Positions 10,274 through 20,113 of a DNA stretch of 64,000 nucleotides are shown one piece after another. This stretch comes from Kyrpidia sp. (GTDB taxonomy: Bacteria; Bacillota; Bacilli; Kyrpidiales; Kyrpidiaceae), in assembly GCA_029960885.1 (NCBI GenBank), contig JASBVV010000046.1, forward strand, positions 105,895 to 169,894, read 5' to 3'. Under the pieces are notes generated by a model. That model was given only the letters and a program-made list of their open reading frames with translations. It was not told the DNA's origin and did no database searches. Within the stretch, counting starts at the first letter, position 1; the number at the start of each line of letters is the position of its first letter. The translations under genes and the position numbers were made by a program.

Positions 10274-10492
10274 GGTCCGTGGCACGGTGATTGTCCGAAG
10301 AACGCGAGTTCCCGCAAGGCCGGGCGACGGTCGTCCGGGCTCTGCCGTTCTCCTATCCGGGCGGGACTCCCGGGCCGAAGTCTCCTGTCGCATGCCCGAA
10401 GGGGCAATTCGAACTCCCGAAAGGAGGCGAATGCCTGGTCTGATCTGCTTGAATCCGAGATTCAAGTGGGTTTTGGAACCAGGAACCACACA

Positions 10493-11206
10493 ATGAAAGG
10501 ACGGATCGTTGCGATCCACGTGGGCAAACCCCGGTGGATCCCAGGATCAGGGGATGGTCCACAACGGCCGTGGAGAAGCGCCATTTTTAAGGCGGCCGTC
10601 GAAGGGCCGGTATGGTTGGGAACCACGAATCTCCAAGGGGATGAACAAGCGGATCTGAAGCATCACGGCGGTCCGGACAAAGCGGTCTTGGCCTACTGCA
10701 CCGCCCATTATCCCCTGTGGCGGGCGGAACTTGGCCTTCCCTTGCCGAGTACCGGGGGATTCGGCGAGAACTTCGCCCTCTCCGAACTGACCGAGGCGGA
10801 CGTGTGCATCGGCGACATCTTTCGCGTCGGTGAGGCACTGGTGCAGATCTCCCAGCCCCGCCAACCCTGCCATAAGCTCGGCCGGCGCTGGAACCTCCCG
10901 GAGTTGCCCGAACGGGTTCAGGCCACCGGACGCACCGGGTGGTATTTTCGCGTCCTGGAAGAGGGGATGGTGGCACCGGGCCAAGACGTCGCGCTGGTCG
11001 ATCGGCCGTTTCCCCAGTGGACCGTGGCCCGTTGCAACGACATCATGCACCATCGGCGGCGAGACCGGGAATTGGCGGCCGAGTTGGCCGCCTGTCCGGC
11101 GCTGTCCCAAAGTTGGGTGACCACCCTCAGCCGCCGAGCCCAGGGTCGTTCAACGCCGGATCCGCGCTCCCGTCTGTACCCCGAAACGGAGACCGAGGCC
11201 CCCTGA
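10493..11206 (+). CDS. MOSC domain protein (YiiM-like, with 3-alpha domain)
   Basis: GDEQADLKHHGGPDKA, FGEN, SQPRQPCHKL and GRTGWYFRVL motifs. Confidence 0.9.
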   Translation: MKGRIVAIHVGKPRWIPGSGDGPQRPWRSAIFKAAVEGPVWLGTTNLQGDEQADLKHHGGPDKAVLAYCTAHYPLWRAELGLPLPSTGGFGENFALSELTEADVCIGDIFRVGEALVQISQPRQPCHKLGRRWNLPELPERVQATGRTGWYFRVLEEGMVAPGQDVALVDRPFPQWTVARCNDIMHHRRRDRELAAELAACPALSQSWVTTLSRRAQGRSTPDPRSRLYPETETEAP

Positions 11207-11291
11207 GCCGGGGCCACCGGAAGTTCCCTGAACTGGTTTGACCTCCAGGACCGAGATCGGCGCCTGGTGTTTGTACGTCGTTCCGGCCGCC

Positions 11292-12476
11292 TCAACCCCT
11301 GGAGCGCACTTCGAATACGGCGAACTTCAGGTAGTTGCTCTCCTCGCTCCCGTGGATGACCGGATGATCCTTCGCCGCGCCCCGCAACTCGATGAGCCGA
11401 AGGATTTTCCGGGCGTCCACGGCCGCGTCGGTGATCGTATCCAAAAAGAGGTCCCGGTGCATGTGCCAAGAACAGGACGCCGTCACCAAAAAGCCGCCGT
11501 CCCGGACCAACTTCATCCCTCTCAGATTCATCTCTTTGTATCCCCGTATCGCCCCGGCCAGGGCCTGGCGGGATTTGGCAAACGCCGGCGGATCGAGGAT
11601 GACCACGTCGAAAAGCCGCCCCTGATCGACGAACGCCCTCAATTGATCAAAAGCGTTCGCTTCGTAAAATTCCGCCCGGCCCGCGAACCCGTTCCGGGCG
11701 ACATTCTCTCGCGCCAAGTCCAAGGCCTCCCCGGATTGGTCCACGCAGATCACCTTCGACGCACCGAATTTCAACGCGTGAACGGCGAAAGAACCGATAT
11801 GCGTAAACACGTCCAGGACCTCGGCTCCGGAGACCAACGGGGCAATGGCCGAGCGATTTTCCCGCTGATCGAAAAAATACCCGGTCTTCTGCCCCCGCCA
11901 CACGTCCACCCCGAAGATCAATCCGTTCTCCTCGATGTCCACCCGCTCGGGCACCCGGCCGTAATCCCGTTTCACCTCCAGGGGCAGCCCTTCCTTCTGG
12001 CGAACCGGGACATCGTTGCGAAGCAGGATGCCTCGCGGAGCCACCTGTTCCAGCAGGGCTTCCCGGACCAAGGGCCACAGTCGCTCCATGCCGAGGGCCA
12101 ACACCTGAACCACCAAAACATCTTCGAATCGATCCACAATGAGCCCGGGAAGAAAATCGGCCTCCCCGTAGATCAGCCGGCAACTACTCACTCCGGGCAA
12201 AAACCGCCGCCGCCAGTTCAAAGCCGCCTCCACCCGGAGCCGGGCCCACCGGGCGTCAATCGGTTCATCCTGTCGATAACTGAGCACCCTCACGAGGATC
12301 TGTGAAGCGGGATTGATATACCCCGTGGCGAGAAAATGTCCTTGGTGATTGACGACTTCAACCCGTTCCCCGGGCTCCGCCCGTCCCTCCACCCGGTCCA
12401 CCTCACTGCGAAAGATCCACGGGCTCCCCTGTTCGAGACGTTTTCTCCTGTCCCTGCGCAGCACCACTTTCGCCAC
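11292..12476 (-). CDS. RlmI/YwbD-family SAM-dependent rRNA methyltransferase
   Basis: PUA-like N-terminus; GQKTGYFFDQRENR, ILDPPAFAK and YLK motifs. Confidence 0.9.
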   Translation of the reverse strand: MAKVVLRRDRRKRLEQGSPWIFRSEVDRVEGRAEPGERVEVVNHQGHFLATGYINPASQILVRVLSYRQDEPIDARWARLRVEAALNWRRRFLPGVSSCRLIYGEADFLPGLIVDRFEDVLVVQVLALGMERLWPLVREALLEQVAPRGILLRNDVPVRQKEGLPLEVKRDYGRVPERVDIEENGLIFGVDVWRGQKTGYFFDQRENRSAIAPLVSGAEVLDVFTHIGSFAVHALKFGASKVICVDQSGEALDLARENVARNGFAGRAEFYEANAFDQLRAFVDQGRLFDVVILDPPAFAKSRQALAGAIRGYKEMNLRGMKLVRDGGFLVTASCSWHMHRDLFLDTITDAAVDARKILRLIELRGAAKDHPVIHGSEESNYLKFAVFEVRSRG

Positions 12477-12587
12477 ACATGCGACCTCCTCCACCGTATC
12501 GACACCGGATGTCTTCGGCTGCCGGTTCAGGCTTGGCCCCTCGCTGCATATAGATGTCCTATCATTCCATGTTCAGGGGGACGGGCG

Positions 12588-13523
12588 ATGTACGCATGGT
12601 TCGGACTCTTCGCAGGGCTGGCGGGGTTTCTCGGCGGCATGTGGACCCTCCGTCTGGGCTTGGAACCACTGGCCGCCGGGCACCTTCCGGCCCTGCTCAA
12701 TCGATTCGTCAAAACCCCGCTGCGCGGACTGATCACCGGCACGGTGGTGACGGCCGTTCTTCAGAGCTCAGGGGCGGTCACCGTGATCACCATCGGCCTG
12801 GTGGCGGCGGGCACCCTGTCTTTCCCTGACAGCGTGGGCATCGTCCTCGGCGCCAACATCGGCACCTGCGTCACGACTCAAATTATCGCTCTGCAGTTGG
12901 ACGCCCTGGTCCTGCCCTGCCTGGTGGCCGGCGTCTTTTTGACTCTGACTTCCCGAAAACTGTGGCACCACATCGGGATCACCCTGATCGGATTCGGCAT
13001 GATTTTTATGGCATTGAAATTAATGACCCTCTCCCTCCGGCCCATCGGCCAGGCGGAGTGGTTTCGCCGACTTCTTCTTGAATCGTCCGACGACCCTTGG
13101 CTCGCCGTGCTCAGCGGCACTGCCCTCACCGCCCTGGTCCAGAGCAGCAGCGCCACAACGGCCTTGACCATCGCCCTGGCCGCCCAGGGGCTCGTCGATC
13201 TGCCGGGGGCCGTGGGAATTGTGATCGGGAATAACGTCGGCTCCTGCGTCACATCGGTGTTGGCCGCCGTCGGCGCACCCACCCAAGCCAAACGAGTGGC
13301 GGCCGCCCACGTCCTGTTGAACGCCCTGGGAGCCGCCGCCTTCATCCCTGTTCTTCCCCATTATGTCGCCCTTGTCGAACATACCGCCGGAACGCTGCCC
13401 TTACAGGTGGCCAACGCGCACACCCTGTTCAATATCATTTGTTCCCTGGCGGTCCTGCCCGCGGCCCGCCCTTACGCCGCCCTGATCGAACGCCTCATCC
13501 CCGAAGGGAGAAGAGATCGGTGA
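12588..13523 (+). CDS. Na/Pi cotransporter family protein (YqeW-like)
   Basis: Repeated QSSG/QSSS and GANIGT/GNNVGS motifs. Confidence 0.88.
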   Translation: MYAWFGLFAGLAGFLGGMWTLRLGLEPLAAGHLPALLNRFVKTPLRGLITGTVVTAVLQSSGAVTVITIGLVAAGTLSFPDSVGIVLGANIGTCVTTQIIALQLDALVLPCLVAGVFLTLTSRKLWHHIGITLIGFGMIFMALKLMTLSLRPIGQAEWFRRLLLESSDDPWLAVLSGTALTALVQSSSATTALTIALAAQGLVDLPGAVGIVIGNNVGSCVTSVLAAVGAPTQAKRVAAAHVLLNALGAAAFIPVLPHYVALVEHTAGTLPLQVANAHTLFNIICSLAVLPAARPYAALIERLIPEGRRDR

Positions 13524-13538
13524 AGGCGACCCGTCCTC

Positions 13539-13961
13539 TCAGGCCCACTCATTCAGCGCCCGAAGGGCGGCCTCAAAAATCGCCGTGTTGTTGGGATAGC
13601 CTTTGGACAGTTGAAGCCGCAACGCCTCTTTTGCCGGCACCCAGCGGGCTCCGGCAATTTCCTCCTCTTGGTGCCGGATGGTGTCCGTCTGGGCTTCCAC
13701 CAAATAGTAATGCACCTCTTTTTCGCCGGGTTGACCGTCCGGCCGGGTATAGCCATACCTCACTGTTCCGATGGGACGGACAATCTTCCCTCGGATGCCC
13801 GTTTCCTCCTCGATCTCTCTCAGGGCCGTCTCGGAAATGGTCTCTCCGGGATCTTGATGACCTTTGGGTAATGAGACGTGCCCAAAACGATCATCGATCA
13901 CCAGAATTTCCCATACACCGTGACGTTGACGAACCACCACGCCCCCCGCCGCCGTCTCCAT
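13539..13961 (-). CDS. NUDIX hydrolase
   Basis: Nudix box GHQDPGETISETALREIEEETG. Confidence 0.9.
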   Translation of the reverse strand: METAAGGVVVRQRHGVWEILVIDDRFGHVSLPKGHQDPGETISETALREIEEETGIRGKIVRPIGTVRYGYTRPDGQPGEKEVHYYLVEAQTDTIRHQEEEIAGARWVPAKEALRLQLSKGYPNNTAIFEAALRALNEWA

Positions 13962-13988
13962 CGGAACGCCTCCTCTCACATGTGGGAT

Positions 13989-15428
13989 TTAGTCCGTTTT
14001 GCCGGCTGCGACCGCTCTCTCCTCACTCTCCGGAGCCATCTGGAATACCCCCGGACTGTCCCCCATTTCGGCCCGGTTTCCTTCCTCTTCCGGAGCAAAG
14101 GTCAACTGCCGGACCAAGGATCCGTACGACCGCTCGGCCCCCGGGTCCTCCAGGCGCACCTCCACCAACTGACCGATCATCGAGGGGTCCCCCGGGAAAA
14201 CCACCTCGAGGTAATTGTCCGCATGGCCGACGAACAGAGGAGCCCCTTCCTCCGCCGTCCGGCCGTCGAATGCGGATTCGACCACCACGGCCAAGGTCTT
14301 TCCGACAAACCGCGACGCATAAGCCCGGGTCAAATCTTTCGAGAGACGAACCAACTGGCGCACCCGCCGCTCTTTGACCTCGGCCGGCACTTGGTCCGGG
14401 TAACGGGCCGCCGCCGTCCCGCGCCGGGGTGAATAGGGAAAGATATGCAGTTGGCTGAACCTCAACTCCTCAATCAGGCGCCGGGTCGCTTCGAATTGCT
14501 GCTCGGTCTCCCCGGGGAACCCCACGATCACATCGGTGGTGAGGGACACCTCGGGAAGAACCTCTCGAATCCGGCGAACCGTCTCGGCATACTCCGCCAC
14601 GGTGTACCGCCGCCTCATCCGGCGCAGCACCTCATCGTGGCCGGACTGCAAAGGGATATGCAGATGGCGGCACACTTTCCCCGAACGATGCAAGACCTCC
14701 AGCATCCGCTCGTCGATCTGGCTCGCTTCGATCGAGCTGATCCGGATTCGCCCCAGACCTTCCACCTGGGTTTGCAGGTCCACCAAAAGATCCGCAAGGC
14801 TGTACCCGTCCAAATCGGTCCCGTATCCGCCGGTATGGATGCCGGTGAGCACGATCTCCCGGTAGCCCGCCTCCACCAATCGCCGGGCTTGACGGATCAC
14901 ATTCTCGGGCTTGCGGCTGCGGATGAACCCCCGGGAGAACGGGATAATGCAGAACGAGCAAAAATTGTTACAGCCGTCCTGGATTTTCAAGTTGGCCCGG
15001 GCCCGGTCGGTAAACGCTGGAACATCCAATTCCTCGAACTCCCTGACCCGGCGCAGATCCGGAACCACATGGAACGGCCGGCGCTCCTCGCGCACTTTTT
15101 CGACCCACTCAACGATCCGCCCCCGGCCGTCATTGCCCATCACCAGATCCACTCCGGGGATGGCGGCCACTTCGCCCGGCGCCACCTGGGCATAACACCC
15201 GGTCACCACAATGGCGGCCTCGGGGTTCCGGCGGATGGCTCTGCGGATGACCTGCCTGGATTTCCGATCTCCGACATTGGTCACCGAGCAGGTGTTGATC
15301 ACGTACACATCGGCTTCTTCGTCAAAAGGAACTTGAACATAACCGGCCTTCTGAAACAGATGCCAGATCGCCTCGGTGTCGTAGGCGTTGACTTTACAAC
15401 CCAACGTATGGAAGGCCACCCGGTTCAC
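13989..15428 (-). CDS. mtaB: tRNA t6A37 methylthiotransferase MtaB
   Basis: HTLGCKVN, INTCSVT and CNNFCSFC radical-SAM motifs, TRAM domain; GTG overlaps the rsmE stop. Confidence 0.92.
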   Translation of the reverse strand: MNRVAFHTLGCKVNAYDTEAIWHLFQKAGYVQVPFDEEADVYVINTCSVTNVGDRKSRQVIRRAIRRNPEAAIVVTGCYAQVAPGEVAAIPGVDLVMGNDGRGRIVEWVEKVREERRPFHVVPDLRRVREFEELDVPAFTDRARANLKIQDGCNNFCSFCIIPFSRGFIRSRKPENVIRQARRLVEAGYREIVLTGIHTGGYGTDLDGYSLADLLVDLQTQVEGLGRIRISSIEASQIDERMLEVLHRSGKVCRHLHIPLQSGHDEVLRRMRRRYTVAEYAETVRRIREVLPEVSLTTDVIVGFPGETEQQFEATRRLIEELRFSQLHIFPYSPRRGTAAARYPDQVPAEVKERRVRQLVRLSKDLTRAYASRFVGKTLAVVVESAFDGRTAEEGAPLFVGHADNYLEVVFPGDPSMIGQLVEVRLEDPGAERSYGSLVRQLTFAPEEEGNRAEMGDSPGVFQMAPESEERAVAAGKTD

Positions 15429-16177
15429 CGCTCGCGCTCCCCCCATTCTCCAAAATGATACATCACCGCGGAGAGGGCCGCCAAGCCCGCCGTCTCCGTG
15501 CGCAAAATCCGCGGACCCAGGTGAACCGGTTCCATCCCGCAGGTCACGGCCTCCTGGACCTCGGCGGGCTCCCACCCTCCTTCGGGCCCCACCGCCAAAA
15601 CGATTCGACCCGCTTCGCTCCCGTTCGCCAATGCGGCGGCCAGGGGCCGTCCTCTCCGGCACTCATCCAGAAGCAGGGCCACATCCGCCTTGCCCGCCCA
15701 ACCCCACGCCTCCGCAGGAGTCGCCGGCTCAAGGATCTCCGGGATTCGGGAGCGCTTTGCCTGTTCCGCCGCCTCCTTGGCGATCCGCCGCCAGCGCTGG
15801 ACTCGCCGCGCCTCCCGGTCGCCTTGGTAGCGGACGACGGACCGGCCCGCCATCACGGGCACCACCCTGGCCACTCCCAGCTCCGTCGCCTTCTGAACGA
15901 TGAAATCCATTTTATCATGTTTCGGAAGTCCCTGCAGGAGGGTCAATTCAATCCGCGGCTCCCCGTCGTCCTCCACCACATCCCCCAAACTGAGCCGGAC
16001 TTCAGAGGGACTGATCGATTCGATGACGGCCACCCGCACCGGCCCCTCTCCACGGCCGCACTCCACCATCTCACCCGGAGCCATGCGCATCACCCGGGCC
16101 ATATGATAGGCATCTTCTCCGCGCACGATCACCCGATCGCCAAAAAAACAAGAAGGCGGCACCAGATAACGTTGCAT
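15425..16177 (-). CDS. rsmE: 16S rRNA m3U1498 methyltransferase RsmE
   Basis: MQRY, QKATELGV, EAAEQ, GPEGG and LGPRILRTETA motifs. Confidence 0.95.
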   Translation of the reverse strand: MQRYLVPPSCFFGDRVIVRGEDAYHMARVMRMAPGEMVECGRGEGPVRVAVIESISPSEVRLSLGDVVEDDGEPRIELTLLQGLPKHDKMDFIVQKATELGVARVVPVMAGRSVVRYQGDREARRVQRWRRIAKEAAEQAKRSRIPEILEPATPAEAWGWAGKADVALLLDECRRGRPLAAALANGSEAGRIVLAVGPEGGWEPAEVQEAVTCGMEPVHLGPRILRTETAGLAALSAVMYHFGEWGERER

Positions 16178-16680
16178 CCGGCCCCCCCCCTTCACAGTTG
16201 TATCGTGATGACGCGTCTATGTGCCGTTGGAACAATCGCGCACACGCGGCGCCCGCCGCAGCACCGCGAGACGCGTGTCGGCGACAGGCCGCCGCAGATC
16301 CGTCGCCAACACATCGTCAAGCCCCTCCGGGGCTCTTCGATTCTTCATCGCAGGCCCGCGCACCAAATCCCGCGCTTCTCTGTCTCTGCAAAGCGTGAGA
16401 TAGACCCTCAGGAGATCGTGACGGACTTTACCGCAACGGACACAAACAACAGACAGGCCATCGGGCGAGAACTCCCTCTCCAGGGTTTACTCTACCACAG
16501 GCCGGTCTTCGAGCAAGCCTTGGAAGTCCGTGAACTGTCCCGCCGGTGAGCGCTTCGCGACCACAGACATCGCTACAGCCCATTTAACCGCCACATCCTC
16601 CAATTCTTCATTGTCCATGTCGCCGCCGCGGTCCCCTTGCCCATCACGCCGGTCCCCACCACACCGGAACAATCGTCCAA

Positions 16681-17547
16681 TCATCGGGCTTGCGGCATCT
16701 GCCGGATGGAACGCACGAATGCTCCAAGGTCCCGATTAAATCGTCCGGGATTCTCCCAAAACGGACTGTGGCCGGTTTGGGAGTAGAACACCGCCCGCGC
16801 ACCGGGAATCAAGCCGGCGTGCCGCCTTGCCGCTTCCGGGAGAACCACGCGGTCTTCACTGCCGTGCACGATCAATACGGGCTTTTGAATCGCCGGCAGC
16901 AGGTCGTCATTCGAGAGTCTTCTCTTCATCATGCCTTCCCGTACAAAAGGGGGAACGGTCCAGTTGAAACCGAGAAACAGATACAAGTCCTCTTGTGAGA
17001 GTTTTCCCGCCGTACTCAGTGCAATCAACCGTTCCAGAACAGGCTGACTCTCCGCGATCGAATCCGAGAACGAAGGCCGGACCAACGCCAAGAATTCCGA
17101 ACCGAGTTCGGCAAAAGATTCCTTGACGCCCGTTCGCGTCACCGCCCCGACCAAGACGAGCCCGGCAATCCCGTCCTGCCCATGATGACGCAGATAGTCG
17201 CACAGGACGAGCCCGCCGTACGACCAGCCGACAAGAACCGGCCGATCCAATGCCAACTCCGCGATAATGGCATGGATGTCGTCAGCCCACAACTTCGAAT
17301 CGGCATAAACGCCCGGCGGTTTTTCGGAACGCCCATGCCCTCGAAGATCGACCGTAACCAGCCGAAATTCGTCGGACAACGCAGATTCCGTTTGTTTCAA
17401 CCACACCAGATGATTCTGAGAAAACCCGTGAATGAACACGATCGGTTTTCCTCTTCGGGCCCCACTCTCTTCCACAAACAGTTTGACCCCGCCCCCGCCT
17501 TCCACCATGTGAGCAACAACCCGCCTGCGCAGCATCGATCCCAACAC
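16681..17547 (-). CDS. Alpha/beta hydrolase (non-heme haloperoxidase-like)
   Basis: FIHG, DLRGHGRS, GWSYGG nucleophile elbow, HGSED and GHSPF motifs; start uncertain (17547-17508). Confidence 0.88.
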   Translation of the reverse strand: MLGSMLRRRVVAHMVEGGGGVKLFVEESGARRGKPIVFIHGFSQNHLVWLKQTESALSDEFRLVTVDLRGHGRSEKPPGVYADSKLWADDIHAIIAELALDRPVLVGWSYGGLVLCDYLRHHGQDGIAGLVLVGAVTRTGVKESFAELGSEFLALVRPSFSDSIAESQPVLERLIALSTAGKLSQEDLYLFLGFNWTVPPFVREGMMKRRLSNDDLLPAIQKPVLIVHGSEDRVVLPEAARRHAGLIPGARAVFYSQTGHSPFWENPGRFNRDLGAFVRSIRQMPQAR

Positions 17548-17692
17548 CTCTGTCCCGGTTTCACTCGATCCAACACCCGCCCGACGAGCCGGGAACCCCC
17601 CTTCAACCAGGATTCATGGACCATCGACGTGACCCGCCAGGGTGAAGACAGCGTCCTCACCGGGGCCGGCGTCATGGTCGCCGAGCGGTTTT

Positions 17693-18708
17693 TCAGCCGG
17701 TAACGTTGCCGCCCGCCGCCGTGTCCGCCACCCGGGCCGCCAGTGCCGCCCACGCGCCCTCCCGCCTCACACCGTTCACCCGGAGACCCGCGCCCTCCAT
17801 CGCCAGGGCAATCCGCTTCTCCTGCTCGACAAGAATTCCGGATGCGACGAAAACGCCTCCGGGCAACAAATGCCCCCGCACGTCAGGGAGCAACCGTTCA
17901 ACCAGATCTGCCAACAGGTTGGCCACGAGAATGTCCGCCCTCTCGTCCGCTCCGGAAAGGAGATCCCCCCGGCGCACCTCCACCCGATCCGACACCCCGG
18001 CCACTTTCGCGTTGTGCCCGGCGGCATCAACGGCCAGCGGATCGAGATCGACAGCGAGGACCCGGACCGCGCCCAGCTTCGCCTGAAACGGTAGAGAATG
18101 CCCGACCCGCAACCGACATCGAGCACCCGACAGCCCGGGGTAACCCTGTCCACCAACCATTCCAGACACAGTCGGGTCGTCTCGTGGGTACCGGTCCCGA
18201 ACGCCATCCCGGGATCGATCCGGACGACCACCTCACCGGGGGCTGGGTCGTACGACTCCCACTCCGGACACACGGTGAGGGTGCGGCTCCTCCCCCGAAC
18301 GGTCACTGGACGGTAATACCGTTTCCACGCGTCCGCCCACTCGGCCTCCCGGATTGTCCGGATCGCAATCTCACCCCTTCCGGGATCGAGACCCCACCCG
18401 GAGAGCGCTCTTACCCACCGCTCCAAGTCGGCGACCAAGCTCCGCCACCGGGCCGGCTCGCCGGGCCAGTACCCGGACACCACGGCCTCCCCTCCCGTCC
18501 TGTCGGGACCGCCCGCCTGCCCGACCGGGTCCTCCGGCTCATTCAGTTCTCCGAATTTCGGCACGAATCCGGGACCCAGGGGATCCGCCTCGTCGATGGC
18601 CACCCCCCGGGCGCCCAGATCGCGCAATCTGGCGGCCACTGCCTCCACCGCCTCTATGGAGGTGTACACTTCCACCGCCGTCCAGAGATTCTTCCCCCCT
18701 TGGTCCAC
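17693..18708 (-). pseudogene. prmA: Ribosomal protein L11 methyltransferase PrmA, frameshifted near 18084-18094
   Basis: First frame has WADAWKRYY, DPGMAFGTGTHETT and VLDVGCGSGIL. The continuation AKLGAVRVLAVDLDPLAV...VANLLAD...SGIL is in another frame. Real lesion or sequencing error. Confidence 0.85.
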
Positions 18709-18859
18709 ATGCGCCCCCGTGACTCGTCACCCCCTCCCGTTTGGACATCCGTTCAAACCGCTCCCAACCCGTGGTGGACGGACCTGACCGCCGGACTCCT
18801 CCGGCACGACCCATGGCCATCGGCCGAGACTTCCTTCGGCAAGTCGGCGGGATCACCGC

Positions 18860-20020
18860 TCATCCGTTTCGGCCGCCATCCCGGGTGAATGCGTTTTTCA
18901 TCCGTTCAAAAAATGTCTGGTTCTGCTCATGGGTCTCTTCCCCGAGTTCATCGCCCAGATCCCGAAGGAGTTGCTTCGCCCGTTCGGAGAGCCGGGTTGG
19001 TGTCATCACCACCACCTGCACATGCTGGTCCCCCCGTCCGCCGCCCCGGAGCCGGGGAATTCCCTTGCCTTTCAGCCGGAAGGAGGTTCCGGTCTGGGTT
19101 CCGGGCGGCACCCGGAGTTGCATCCTCCCCTCCAGCGTCGGCACCTCGATTTCATCCCCCAGTGCCGCTTGGACAAAGGTAATGGGCACCCTGCAGTGCA
19201 CATCGAACCCGTCCCGCTCAAACACCGGGTCCGGCCGGACATGAACCACGATAAACAGATCGCCCGGCGGGCCGCCCCGGGAGCCGGGCTCCCCGTGACC
19301 GGCCAACCGAATCCGGTTTCCGGTATCCACGCCTGCGGGAACCTTCACGCTGACCGTTCGCGCCATCCGCACCTGGCCGCGACCCTGGCATTTCGGGCAA
19401 GGGTCCGGAATATACCGTCCATCCCCGTGACAGCGGGAACACATCCGCCGGGTGACCATTCGCCCGAGCGGCGTGTTCATCACCGTTTCCTGTTGCCCGG
19501 TGCCTCCGCACACCGGGCAGCGCTCCGGCCTCGTCCCGGGCCGGGCTCCGGTGCCCCCGCAACGGTCGCAGGTTTCCGTCCGGGGAATGCGGATCTCCTT
19601 TTCCGTGCCGAACGCCGCCTCCCGAAAATCGACACTCAGGTCGTACTCCAGATCGGCTCCCCGCTGGGGACCGGAGCGCTGCCGGCCGCCGCCGAAAAAC
19701 ATGTCGAACAAATCTCCAAAACCGCCAAAATCCCCGAAATCAAAGCCCGGACCACCCGCCCCGCCGGGACCGCCGCCTTGGAACCCCGGTCCCTGTCCGA
19801 CGCCGGCGTGGCCGAATTGATCGTATTGACGCCGCTTGTCGGAGTCGGACAACACCTCGTACGCCTCGTTGATCTCCTTGAACTTATCGGCCGCTCGGGG
19901 ATCATCCTTGTTCACGTCGGGATGGTACCGGCGCGCCAGCTTGCGGTACGCCTTTTTGATGTCCTCCGCGGACGCCCCCCGTTCCACCCCGAGCACTTCA
20001 TAGTAATCTCGCTTGCTCAC
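18860..20020 (-). CDS. dnaJ: Chaperone DnaJ
   Basis: J-domain HPD, G/F region, four CxxCxGxG repeats. Confidence 0.97.
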   Translation of the reverse strand: MSKRDYYEVLGVERGASAEDIKKAYRKLARRYHPDVNKDDPRAADKFKEINEAYEVLSDSDKRRQYDQFGHAGVGQGPGFQGGGPGGAGGPGFDFGDFGGFGDLFDMFFGGGRQRSGPQRGADLEYDLSVDFREAAFGTEKEIRIPRTETCDRCGGTGARPGTRPERCPVCGGTGQQETVMNTPLGRMVTRRMCSRCHGDGRYIPDPCPKCQGRGQVRMARTVSVKVPAGVDTGNRIRLAGHGEPGSRGGPPGDLFIVVHVRPDPVFERDGFDVHCRVPITFVQAALGDEIEVPTLEGRMQLRVPPGTQTGTSFRLKGKGIPRLRGGGRGDQHVQVVVMTPTRLSERAKQLLRDLGDELGEETHEQNQTFFERMKNAFTRDGGRNG

Positions 20021-20065
20021 CGAAACACCCCCTCTCCCGGTCCTCCCAACGGCGGCGAGATACGG

Positions 20066-20105
20066 AAAAAGCCAAAGCCGCGCCGGCGTCCGGGTCGGCT
20101 TTGGC
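20066..20105 (-). terminator. Stem-loop/terminator between dnaK and dnaJ
   Basis: GCCAAAGCCG...CGGCTTTGGC followed by TTTTT on the minus strand. Confidence 0.7.
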
Positions 20106-20113
20106 CGAATCGA

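Noticed and set aside
13989-15662. 557-aa extended MtaB, and similar upstream-extended ORF-track starts (12336, 44524, 48523, 49566, 50575)
   Set aside because: The extensions overlap neighbouring genes; RBS and family N-termini indicate later starts
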